The notes under the pieces were generated by a model. That model had not been told where the DNA came from. It worked only from the letters and a program-made list of their open reading frames with translations, and did no database searches. A DNA stretch of 64,000 bases from Kiritimatiellia bacterium (lineage in GTDB: Bacteria; Verrucomicrobiota; Kiritimatiellia; RFP12; UBA1067), in contig JAFSTA010000168.1 of the NCBI GenBank assembly GCA_017450695.1, forward strand, positions 17,826-81,825, read 5' to 3'. A program made the position numbers and the translations under genes. Positions 18,048 through 26,886 of this stretch are shown here, piece by piece. Position 1 is the stretch's first letter. Every line of letters begins with the position of its first letter.

Positions 18048-19417
18048 AGGGAGGTGGGGGTGCGGGCGAAGTCGTTGAGTTCTTCGACGTCCTTGGTCAA
18101 CGCGTCGATCTTGCGACGGGCGAAACGCGGGAGCTGCCGCCAGTGGCTGGTGAGCACGTGCTTGAAGTTCGGCTTCAGCGCCTCCCAGCATTGGCGAAGG
18201 TCATCGCGGGAGAGGGTGAGGAGATCATCCGCATATTCCTGCTCGAAGTGTTCATCCAGTTTCTCCAGTATCTGGTGTTCCGAGTAGTTGACGTAGGCGC
18301 GGAAGGCGGGGTAGAGCAGGCGGGCGATGACCACCGTGATTCCGGCCGTGGCGAGGCACTGCAAGGTGAAGACGACGATCTTCATGGTACTGGTCAGGTC
18401 TCGCACGCTGACGCCGTAGGTGTTGAAGAGGATGAATCCCGCGCCCGCGAGCAGGAGCAGAAGCAGGAGGTAAAGCCCCAGCTTCGAGAGGAAATTTTGG
18501 GAGAGGAACTTGCGGAGTCGCAGCCCCATCCGCATCTGCATACCGAGCGAGGAGAAATCGGTGTTCGCCGCCGCCAGCACGTTGTCCTTGCGGCGTTCGG
18601 AGGCGTGGGAGATTTGCCCGACGATATCCTGCAGGGATTGCTGGAAGTCCTTGATGTCAATGTCGGGCGTCGCCTTGGAGTTGCCGCAGGGGACGCAGCA
18701 GTTGTAGATTTTCGGGAGGTCCTTGATCGGCAGGGCGTGGGCGAGATTCCAGCAGAGTGCGCCGTAGGCCCGCGCGTAGTCGTACATGTTGGCGAAGAGG
18801 TCGCACTTGTTCATCAGCAGGCGTAGCTTAAAGGTCATGCCGGAGAGCGGCCCGGTCAGGACCTCGATCGACTCGCCGGTGGTTCCGGGTTTGTCGGGGT
18901 CGAACATCATGACGATCAGGTCGGAGAGTTCGGCGAGGGAGTGGATCGCGCCGAAGAAGTTGTAGTCGCGGATGATCTCGCGGTCGCGCACGTCGATCAT
19001 GCCCGGGCTGTCGATCAGGATGCACTGCTTGAGGATGTCGCGCTTCGTGACCTTCACGCGCAGGTGTTGCAGGAAGGTCGCGCCGAAGGTTTTCAGCCGC
19101 GCGTATTCGGGCGGCAGGAGGGCGAGCGCGGAGTCGCCGACGACCTCGCGCGGGACGTCGCCGTACACCAGCACGGTGAAGCCGTCGTCCGTGGGGGCGA
19201 CGCCGGTGTCCTGCACGGCGAGTCCGCCGAGCAGGAAGTTGATCAGCGTCGATTTACCCGACGAATGGTTGCCGAGGAAGAAGATGCAGGGCAGCGTCTC
19301 CGCCGAGACGCCCGTGCGCTTGTAGGGATAAAAGAAACGTTCGGCATCCGGGCGATAACGCTCGTAGAGCAGGCTTGCCAATTCTTCGGTCGTGTAGGTC
19401 TGTTTCTGGTTTTTCAT
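18041..19417 (-). CDS. Dynamin-superfamily NTPase with EHD-like G domain and a C-terminal two-helix membrane hairpin
   Basis: Real start is ATG 19417 (MKNQKQTYTTEEL); the 704-aa track ORF is an upstream run-on. G1 GNHSSGKST, G3 LIDSPG, G4 NKCD. Extended similarity to eukaryotic EHD G domains recalled from memory (see finding). Two hydrophobic helices: LGLYLLLLLLLAGAGFILF and IVVFTLQCLATAGITVVIARLL. Confidence 0.75.
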   Translation of the reverse strand: MKNQKQTYTTEELASLLYERYRPDAERFFYPYKRTGVSAETLPCIFFLGNHSSGKSTLINFLLGGLAVQDTGVAPTDDGFTVLVYGDVPREVVGDSALALLPPEYARLKTFGATFLQHLRVKVTKRDILKQCILIDSPGMIDVRDREIIRDYNFFGAIHSLAELSDLIVMMFDPDKPGTTGESIEVLTGPLSGMTFKLRLLMNKCDLFANMYDYARAYGALCWNLAHALPIKDLPKIYNCCVPCGNSKATPDIDIKDFQQSLQDIVGQISHASERRKDNVLAAANTDFSSLGMQMRMGLRLRKFLSQNFLSKLGLYLLLLLLLAGAGFILFNTYGVSVRDLTSTMKIVVFTLQCLATAGITVVIARLLYPAFRAYVNYSEHQILEKLDEHFEQEYADDLLTLSRDDLRQCWEALKPNFKHVLTSHWRQLPRFARRKIDALTKDVEELNDFARTPTSLC

Positions 19418-20460
19418 GCAGGGGCCTCCTGTTGGATTAATGATTCTCCAAAAGCTCGTTTGAAATGTCGCCAGCCGTCCTGGATGGCGACGAACGGGTT
19501 GCGACGCAGCGCGTGGCGCGAGCGCAGGACGCCGTGGTTGCGGGGGGCGCCGACATCGCCGTCCTCGATGACCCGCGCGATTTGCGCCCAGGTGTTGTAG
19601 CGCGTCAGCAGCAGTTCGCGCGCCTGGCGGATGGCGGGCAGCCGTTTCTCCCACTCCTGGTTTTGAATCGCGGAACGGATGATCCGCTCGGCCTCCGGGA
19701 TGTCGTCCATCGGAATCCGGATGAAGCTCTCCGGCGGCAGCACCGATTCCAGTTCCGGGTCGCCGACATAGAAGGGAAGCGTCCACGCCAGAAGCGGGTC
19801 GATGATTTTCTCTGTCCAGTGGTGCGGGGCGAGGTGGTTCTCGATTGCGATGTGGTAGCGGAAGGCGTCGAGCGCGTCGTACTTGTGCGCGACAGGCTGG
19901 ATGCCGTGGCCGTACCAGACCAGTTCGGGGATGCGCTGGGAGAGACCGCGGATCAGCTCGAAGCGGCGGCGGTGTGCGGTATGCCGCTGTTGCTTCGCGG
20001 AACAGACGACCGAGAGGACGGAGGTCTTCTCCGGCGGTTCGCTTTGGCTGACGACCTCCTGCCATCCCTTGCCGTAAAACCACTTGTAGTAGCCCTCGCC
20101 CAGAACGGCGTGGCAGCCGGGAAAGAGCGAGAGCGGCTGGCTGGTGAGAACGCATCCGAACTGGCGCGGGTAGGCGATGCCGTAGTCCTTGATGCTGATC
20201 GGCTCGACAGTCAGGAGGATGGTGTGTTCGGGCGGGCAGCGGAGCGGTTCTTTGCCGTCGCGGAAGGTCCCCTCGTCGCGGTTGGGCATTTCGTCATAGA
20301 CGACCACCCAGTCGTACTCCTCACACGCCATGTCCCAGATAAAGAGATAGCGGTTGCGGAAGAGGAAGGGAGGCGGCTGCTTGCCGTGCTTCTTCCGGAT
20401 GACCTTGATCCGAATCGGCGTCTCGTCGTGCGAGGTGGTGGCTGGTAGAGGAGTCGTCAT
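19414..20460 (-). CDS. Glycosyltransferase family 10-like (fucosyltransferase-like) protein
   Basis: The C-terminal pattern KYDALDAFRYHIAIENHLAPHHWTEKIIDPLLAWTLPFYVG resembles the GT10 motif (K..FL..YKF.LAFEN....YVTEK..DA....PVY.G) from memory. ATGA overlaps at both ends. Confidence 0.55.
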   Translation of the reverse strand: MTTPLPATTSHDETPIRIKVIRKKHGKQPPPFLFRNRYLFIWDMACEEYDWVVVYDEMPNRDEGTFRDGKEPLRCPPEHTILLTVEPISIKDYGIAYPRQFGCVLTSQPLSLFPGCHAVLGEGYYKWFYGKGWQEVVSQSEPPEKTSVLSVVCSAKQQRHTAHRRRFELIRGLSQRIPELVWYGHGIQPVAHKYDALDAFRYHIAIENHLAPHHWTEKIIDPLLAWTLPFYVGDPELESVLPPESFIRIPMDDIPEAERIIRSAIQNQEWEKRLPAIRQARELLLTRYNTWAQIARVIEDGDVGAPRNHGVLRSRHALRRNPFVAIQDGWRHFKRAFGESLIQQEAPA

Positions 20461-22988
20461 TTGCTGTTGATACGCTGAACTTTGTTTTGGGGATCATCGA
20501 CACGGAGTTCGGAGTTCCGCGCGATCGTGGAGGAGATCGTCACTTTGGCGTCACCTTTCACGGTGACGTGATGCGGGAGGTTCTGCGCCGTGATTCCGGC
20601 TATCAACTGGAAGGTGCCGCCGTTGCCGTCGATACGGATTTCGGGAGAGCAGGTGTTGAACTGATCGAGCAGGACCAGCCCCTTGCCGGAGAGCCGCGCC
20701 GTGTCGCCGGGCGGCGCCCAGATCTGCGTGGCGTAGAAACGGCTCTCGCCCGCGTTTTCGGGGAGGGAGACGATGGACGCCTCCTTGGTCTTGCCGAGGC
20801 AGGTGAGCTGCGTGAGCGCGAAGTCCAGATTCGATCCGCGCTCGGTCTGGAGCGTCAGCGCGCGGCTGCCGGTGTCCGATCCGTGCATCAGGACGCTTGC
20901 GCTCGTCTTTCCGTAGAAGGCGATTCCGTCGTAGGCGGCGAAGAGGAAGTTGCCGCGCATCTGTTCGTTTTCGCAGTCCCTCACGACGATTCCCTCCAAG
21001 TGCGCACGCTGGTAATCGAAGAGCTTGTTGAGATTGTGGATGAATCCCATGCCGCGCGGGGTGCGCTGCATATAGTGCGGATTGAACTGCACGTCTTCCA
21101 CCCATCCGTGCCCTTTGCAGTTGCCGACGAAAAGCCCGCGACGAAACATCGCGCCTGAAAGGTAGGAGATGAAATGTCCGTCGCTGGGATGCGTCGCGAA
21201 ATCGACCCCCTGCCAGGCGTTTCCGATGTTCACGTCCTTGATCCAACAGCGCGGTCCGAGGGAACGCACCGTCCACGGATACGGAACCGGATCTTCCCGC
21301 TGGCGCGGGTACCAGAAGCCAAGTCCTCGCAGCCCCGATTCCGGTTGCAGTTGGACGAACGGAGTACCCGAGTCCTCGCCTTCGCCCGTCTCGATCATCA
21401 GGACGGAGCCGCCGGAGATCGTGTGGTGCGGCACGTCGAACGAACCGCGTAGCTCCACGCCGCTCGGCACAACAATACCCGCACGGAACGTGTAGTACCC
21501 GGCGGGGATGTACACCGTACCTCCGGTCTTCGCGGCGGCGTCCAAAGCTCGTTGGAAGGCGGCGGCATTGTCCTGGTTGGTGACGGAGGCGCCAAAGTCC
21601 GTCACGAACAGGACCGTTTTCGACAGCGGGCAACGGATGAGGTTTCCCCCCGAGAAGCTGGGAAGTTGAGAAGCTGAGAAATGGGAAAATATGGATAGCA
21701 GACCATCATGCTTTTGCTGAATAGAGGTGAAGAGTTTGTTGGGAGGTGGCACGGTTCCGTGTTCTTTCCTGATTGACACGTTTTCCGGTTTCGCTCGGTT
21801 GTCTAGTTTGACTTTCTGTAAGTCCGCTCCTGTCAACACGGCGCGTTGCAGCTGTTCACCCAGATGGAGTTCTGCGGTACGGTTTTCTTCCATCACCAAC
21901 ACGCCCGCATCCGCCTGGGCGGAGTCAATCTCGGAGTTGCGGAAGGAGACGAAGTTGTTCGGCGCGGTGAGTTTCGCGCTCCCCGTCAGATTGCAGGTGT
22001 GGAACTGCACAACGGTATCGCGTGCAGGTGGGGCGAGGGCGAATGCCGCCTCGTTTCCTTTCAATGTACATTGGTAGAGCGCCAGCCCGACGGCGTTCAG
22101 TTTTTCGACCGCTAGCGCCGTACCGCATCCTGTTATCTGGCAATCTCCCATGACGGCGTTGCTCAGACCTCGTCCGCCCTGACGGAAGCGGATGCCCGTG
22201 CGATAGCCATTCACACTCAAACGATAGATGTATTCCCAGTCGCTCCTTCCAAAGTCCACACCGATAGACGGGGACTGGCGCAACCACTCTCGGCATGCTT
22301 TCTCATCCTGGGAATAGAAGCACCAAGGATCCGGTGAGACATGCACATTCTCGATGCGACCGATGTCCGTCACGTTATCGATGGCAAGTCCGCAACGGAG
22401 CGCGAAGATATCGACATCGCGCAACAGGTGCAGCTCGCTCCACTCCGGCCCGATCGAGATGCCTTTCCAGCAGTTGAAGAGTGTACACCGTTCAATCGTC
22501 TGGTTGTCTCCGCCATTCTCCGTGCTGGTCTTAATCGTCCAAGGGTAGGGGATCGGATCGGGGAAACGCTGCTCGGGATACTGGAATGTCAGGTCGATCA
22601 GACCGGTACCGCGCTGGATTCGGACGGCGGGCGTTCCGTCCTCCTCGCCTTTTCCGCAGGTGATATCCAACTGTGTGTACGGATTCCGATCCAAACAAAA
22701 ACCTTCTCCGCGCAGGGTCACGCCTTCCCGCAGATGGAGCGGGGTTCGGATTGGATAATGGCCTGCCTTCAGAAAGACCGTCCCTCCACCTTCTTTCGAA
22801 ACGCGATCGATCGCGGACTGGATACGCGGCGCGGCGTCTTCGCCGTCATCCTTCGCTTCGAGCGTGGCGCAGGCGATGATCAAATCGCAGAGCCTTTCCC
22901 CGTCTGTCACTGGGACGGGGGTGCTTTGCACGAAGGCGGCAAGAAGGGATGCACCGAACAACAGGGTTGAGGTGGGAAGAAGTCGCAT
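20457..22988 (-). CDS. Secreted double beta-helix glycoside hydrolase (two Pectate_lyase_3-type domains, GH55-like architecture)
   Basis: 843 aa with a signal peptide. Two copies of the N-cap motif are present: AAPRIQSAIDRVSKEGGGTVFLKAGHYPI and NAAAFQRALDAAAKTGGTVYIPAGYYTF. The tandem beta-helix layout is that of GH55 exo-beta-1,3-glucanases. Confidence 0.7.
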   Translation of the reverse strand: MRLLPTSTLLFGASLLAAFVQSTPVPVTDGERLCDLIIACATLEAKDDGEDAAPRIQSAIDRVSKEGGGTVFLKAGHYPIRTPLHLREGVTLRGEGFCLDRNPYTQLDITCGKGEEDGTPAVRIQRGTGLIDLTFQYPEQRFPDPIPYPWTIKTSTENGGDNQTIERCTLFNCWKGISIGPEWSELHLLRDVDIFALRCGLAIDNVTDIGRIENVHVSPDPWCFYSQDEKACREWLRQSPSIGVDFGRSDWEYIYRLSVNGYRTGIRFRQGGRGLSNAVMGDCQITGCGTALAVEKLNAVGLALYQCTLKGNEAAFALAPPARDTVVQFHTCNLTGSAKLTAPNNFVSFRNSEIDSAQADAGVLVMEENRTAELHLGEQLQRAVLTGADLQKVKLDNRAKPENVSIRKEHGTVPPPNKLFTSIQQKHDGLLSIFSHFSASQLPSFSGGNLIRCPLSKTVLFVTDFGASVTNQDNAAAFQRALDAAAKTGGTVYIPAGYYTFRAGIVVPSGVELRGSFDVPHHTISGGSVLMIETGEGEDSGTPFVQLQPESGLRGLGFWYPRQREDPVPYPWTVRSLGPRCWIKDVNIGNAWQGVDFATHPSDGHFISYLSGAMFRRGLFVGNCKGHGWVEDVQFNPHYMQRTPRGMGFIHNLNKLFDYQRAHLEGIVVRDCENEQMRGNFLFAAYDGIAFYGKTSASVLMHGSDTGSRALTLQTERGSNLDFALTQLTCLGKTKEASIVSLPENAGESRFYATQIWAPPGDTARLSGKGLVLLDQFNTCSPEIRIDGNGGTFQLIAGITAQNLPHHVTVKGDAKVTISSTIARNSELRVDDPQNKVQRINSK

Positions 22989-23000
22989 AGAGTCTCCGTT

Positions 23001-25370
23001 TTAGTGTTTTGCCGAAAAGCCTTGCAGGGGCTTCGAGGTTTGTCCGGTTTCTTGCGGAAGCCCGTCGGCCAAATACGAGGATGCCGCCAGCGTCCTCCCG
23101 TCCGGCATCCGGAAAGGGGCGTTCCCAAAGTTCACGGTCACGGTCACGCCGTTGGCGAAGACCGTCTGCTGCACGCTGCGGTCACGCCGCAGGAAACGGT
23201 GGTCGGTCATCTCGCTGTAGCCGGTCGCCCGTGCGATCGGCGAGGTGACGCGGTAACTCTCGACGAAGCGGTCTTTCCAGTCGCGCCACTTCTTGTTGTC
23301 GATCACGAACATCGGCGGGGTTCCGTAGAGCGCGTTGAAAAGGTTCTTCTTGTGCCAGAGGTCGGGCAGCTTGTTGCTGTTGTCGCCCCAGTACCACTGC
23401 GCCACGACGCACTCGTGGTAAACCAGTTCCCAGAGCGGGAGGCGGTAGCGTTCGCCGACGATGTACTTCGCCGTGCGCGGCGGCACGTTCGTCCAGGTCT
23501 GCGCGATGTTACGCCCCGAGTCCGGTACACGGTAGGGACCGATGCTCAACATCCCCTCGTAGTAGTCGCAGAAGGGAACGGAGGCGTCGTGTCCCGTCTC
23601 GCTGCCGACGACCAGGCCGAACTCGTCGCTCAGGATGCGGAGCAACTCCATCTTCCAGTGGCGGCTTTCGGAGCGCGTCAGCGGATGCGCGGGATTCCAG
23701 CACTCGTGCCAGGGGGCGGCGACCGTGGTGTCGATGAAACGCGTGTTGTAGGGCTTGACCTTCAACTCGTCTGAAACGTTCCGCCGCTCGTATTTCACTG
23801 CCGGCTGGTCGCACATCATCGCGCAGTAGGTCCAGGTGCCGTCGGGCGCCTTGACGCCCCAGGCGCGCGTCCACTCGTTGGAGGAGGGACCGGACCACAT
23901 GATGTCGTGCGGGTAGGCGTCGGAGTTCAGCCCCGGACCTTTCCAGCCGAGCTTCTTCATCTGCTCCGGGTAGTAGATGTCCTGATAGACGTCGTAACGG
24001 CTGACCAGCACGGTCGGGTTCTGGCTCAACGCCTTGATCTCTGCCGCGGAACCGCCGTCGCTCCAGAGGATACGCTCGATGCCCGCGTCCTGCATCTCCT
24101 GGACGAGCTGCAACTTGGGCCCGTGCCATCCGATGCTCCAGACGTTGACCGCGCCCAGTAGCTTGTCGATGTTGGGAACCTTCTTGACCTTTTCCGTGAA
24201 GGGCTTGAAGAGACCCTTCTGCTGCGCGTAGCGGCGGTAGCGTTTCGCCATCGCGACATGGCCGCCCGACTGCTGGAAGATGTAGCGGGCCTTGCGCGTG
24301 TAGCCGAACTGCCTCCGCTGGGGATCCCAGGAGGGGCAGTTGACCCAGAACCTGCCGACGCGATAGACGTTCATCGCCGCGTCGTCCGGCGTCTCCAGGA
24401 TGCACATCCACCCCGCGCCGGTGTCATCCTCCGCCACGCCGAAGAAGCTCATGCAGATCCCGTGGCCGCCGTAGGCGATCAGGCGGTACATCCCCTCGTG
24501 CGGTTCATCGACCGGATATCCCATGCCCTCGTTGATCGGCACGATCAGGCGGTCACCCTCCCGCGTCTTGAACGGAGCCGGGTAGTCGAACGAATGTTCC
24601 ATCTTGCCCTCGCCGTCGATGGAGACGGTGAGCTCGCCGGGGTGGTCCGCCCACGCGATCCGAACCCCGTAGGATGCCAGCGATTCCAGATTCGTCAGCT
24701 GGTAGGCGAGGCTCCTGCCGTCGCTCTTCAGGTTCGAGACGGCAAACTTGCCCGGCACGGCGGGCGTCCATTCGCGACCGGACTTGCGATCGGTCACGGC
24801 AAGGCCGCCCTTGGCATCTACCTGCGCGATCAAGGTGTCGTTGGTGATCGCCAGCGAATGGACGGAGAACGGCGGCAGCTCGCCGGTCTTCTCCAGCTTC
24901 GCGTTCGCGAAGAATGCCTCGATGTCGATTGCGCCGCCGACCAGACGAGCCTCGATGGTGGCACCGTTCGGCGGAATCGCGAAGGAGGTGGACTGCACGC
25001 CGCGCGACGTCGGCACGGTGAACAAGCGCGTGGCGTAGGTCCAGGACATCACGTCGTTGCGTGTGTCGCGCAGGATGACGGAGAGTTCGAGTTTCCCGAC
25101 CGCGCCCTTCGCGCCGGGACCGAGTTCGCAGCTGAGCGTGTAGGTCTCGTTCGGGCGGACTTTCTGCAAGGGGCAGATCACGACCGCCCAGTCCTGCTGG
25201 CCGGAGTAGTGCAGCAGATGCCCGTCCTGCGAGGGGGTGAGGGAAATGTGGTCTTTCCCCTGCCTTGCCCAGGACCTTGGGGTGAATCCCTCATCCGCGA
25301 ACAACGGCGCGGCGGCGAGAACGGTGGCGAGAAGGAGGGAGGTGGGGAGGGAGTGGACGTTTGGATTCAT
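23001..25370 (-). CDS. Secreted putative glycoside hydrolase, family unassigned (GH101/GH129-like or DUF5696-like)
   Basis: 789 aa with signal peptide MNPNVHSLPTSLLLATVLAAAPLFA. The acidic/aromatic catalytic-looking core (FIDTTVAAPWHECW, VVGSETGHDASVPFCDYYEG) and the operon context with other glycan enzymes support the call. The family assignment is tentative. Confidence 0.55.
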   Translation of the reverse strand: MNPNVHSLPTSLLLATVLAAAPLFADEGFTPRSWARQGKDHISLTPSQDGHLLHYSGQQDWAVVICPLQKVRPNETYTLSCELGPGAKGAVGKLELSVILRDTRNDVMSWTYATRLFTVPTSRGVQSTSFAIPPNGATIEARLVGGAIDIEAFFANAKLEKTGELPPFSVHSLAITNDTLIAQVDAKGGLAVTDRKSGREWTPAVPGKFAVSNLKSDGRSLAYQLTNLESLASYGVRIAWADHPGELTVSIDGEGKMEHSFDYPAPFKTREGDRLIVPINEGMGYPVDEPHEGMYRLIAYGGHGICMSFFGVAEDDTGAGWMCILETPDDAAMNVYRVGRFWVNCPSWDPQRRQFGYTRKARYIFQQSGGHVAMAKRYRRYAQQKGLFKPFTEKVKKVPNIDKLLGAVNVWSIGWHGPKLQLVQEMQDAGIERILWSDGGSAAEIKALSQNPTVLVSRYDVYQDIYYPEQMKKLGWKGPGLNSDAYPHDIMWSGPSSNEWTRAWGVKAPDGTWTYCAMMCDQPAVKYERRNVSDELKVKPYNTRFIDTTVAAPWHECWNPAHPLTRSESRHWKMELLRILSDEFGLVVGSETGHDASVPFCDYYEGMLSIGPYRVPDSGRNIAQTWTNVPPRTAKYIVGERYRLPLWELVYHECVVAQWYWGDNSNKLPDLWHKKNLFNALYGTPPMFVIDNKKWRDWKDRFVESYRVTSPIARATGYSEMTDHRFLRRDRSVQQTVFANGVTVTVNFGNAPFRMPDGRTLAASSYLADGLPQETGQTSKPLQGFSAKH

Positions 25371-26341
25371 TTTGAGGTCTCCGTAAACGGGCAGCGGACG
25401 AGAGAGTCATTGACCGGGTGTAACGTTTGTTCCGCTGACGAACAGGCGGGACGCGCCTGCGGACAGCGGTCGTGAAAGCGGCAGCCGGGCGGGAAGGCGC
25501 CGGCGTAGGGGACTTGTCCGGGAATCGCGCGCAGTTTCTGACCGCGCGTCTCGGCGGAGGGCAGCGCCTCCAGCAAGGCACGGGAATAGGGGTGTTGCGG
25601 ATGGGCGAAGAAACGCGCCGCGTCCTCGCAGGATTCGACGACTTGTCCCGCGTACATCACGGTGATCTTCGTCGCCATCTGATAGACGACCCCCATGTCG
25701 TGCGTGATCAGCAGCAATGCGCTGTTCTGTCGATAGAGCTTGCGCATCAGGTTCAGAATCTGCGCCTGGATCGTCACGTCGAGGGCGGTCGTCGGTTCGT
25801 CAGCGATAATCAGTTCAGGCTCCAGAATCAGCCCCATCGCGATCATCACGCGCTGCTGCATCCCGCCGGACAACTCGAAAGGGAAGGCCTTCGCGCGCTG
25901 TTCCGGGTCGGGGATGCCGACGCGACCCAGCCACTCCAGCGCCAGGTCGCGGCAGGCGGAACGGGAAAGGTTGCGGTGCAGGCGCACGACTTCGATCAAC
26001 TGGTCGCCGATGCGGTGCAGCGGCGAGAGCGAGGTCATCGGGTCTTGGAAGATCACGCCGATCTTCGTGCCGCGAATCTCGCGCATCCGTTCGATGGGGA
26101 GCGAGAGCAGGTTCTCTCCCTGAAAGAAGATCTCGCCCGACGTGATGCGGGCGGGCGGGGATGGGAGCAGACGCGGAATGGACATCGCGGTCGCGGATTT
26201 CCCGCAACCCGATTCCCCGACCAGCCCCAGCACCTCGCCGCGGTTCAGGGAGAACGAAACGGAATCCACCGCATGAGCCGGCGCCTGCCCCGGTTCATCC
26301 GAAAGGAACTCAACCGAAAGATTTTTGACTTCTAATAACAT
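25367..26341 (-). CDS. ABC transporter ATP-binding protein, oligopeptide/dipeptide (OppD/DppD) type
   Basis: Walker A GESGCGKS, signature LSGGMQQR, Walker B LIIADEPTTALD, and a C-terminal oligo_HPY-type region HPYSRALLEALP...CRFHDRCP. Confidence 0.9.
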   Translation of the reverse strand: MLLEVKNLSVEFLSDEPGQAPAHAVDSVSFSLNRGEVLGLVGESGCGKSATAMSIPRLLPSPPARITSGEIFFQGENLLSLPIERMREIRGTKIGVIFQDPMTSLSPLHRIGDQLIEVVRLHRNLSRSACRDLALEWLGRVGIPDPEQRAKAFPFELSGGMQQRVMIAMGLILEPELIIADEPTTALDVTIQAQILNLMRKLYRQNSALLLITHDMGVVYQMATKITVMYAGQVVESCEDAARFFAHPQHPYSRALLEALPSAETRGQKLRAIPGQVPYAGAFPPGCRFHDRCPQARPACSSAEQTLHPVNDSLVRCPFTETSK

Positions 26342-26410
26342 CGAATCACCCGTTTTGTGGTGTCTATTCTACTATTTATTTGGTCGGCTTGCAAGACAAG
26401 CCGAAAGTGG

Positions 26411-26757
26411 CTGTTAGGTGGTGGCAGTTAGGTGATAGCTGGTAGCGGGTAGGGGTTGGGTGGTTAGGTGGTTGACAGCTGCGTAGCGACGGCGCCCCCG
26501 CCGTCGGCTTTCGGGGAAGCGATACTTGCTTTGCGAGGCAACAGAATGAAGCGGCAGGAGTGCCGCTTCCCCGAACGTCTCGCGCAGAACTCGGAACTGG
26601 TAGGCAAAAGGTTCACTTTGCAAAAGGACAACAACTTGGACAACGGATAGACAATATGCTGGCGGTCGTCTCGCAACCTCGCGACGTTTCGCATTCGGTT
26701 CGCGGTTGCGAGCCGAACCATTCTGAAGTTGTTCCCAAGTTGTTTGTGTTGTTTCCC
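26411..26757. repeat. Mosaic intergenic repeat block (GGTAGCGGGTGG words, modules A, degenerate B, X)
   Basis: 26411-26475 GTTAGGTGGTGGCAGTTAGGTGATAGCTGGTAGCGGGTAGGGGTTGGGTGGTTAGGTGG is the reverse complement of the 9700-9765 word set. A at 26476-26516. X module at 26625-26757, matching 5501-5640. Confidence 0.85.
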
Positions 26758-26886
26758 AGTCTAGGCGTGACCCTTTTCTTGCTGACCTTGATCAGATCGA
26801 ACACACGGATTTGCGCACGCCTACCGGCAGGGTTCCGAACTTCTTTCTTGCGACGGTCACAGGAATTTGGTAATTTGCTTTTGCTT

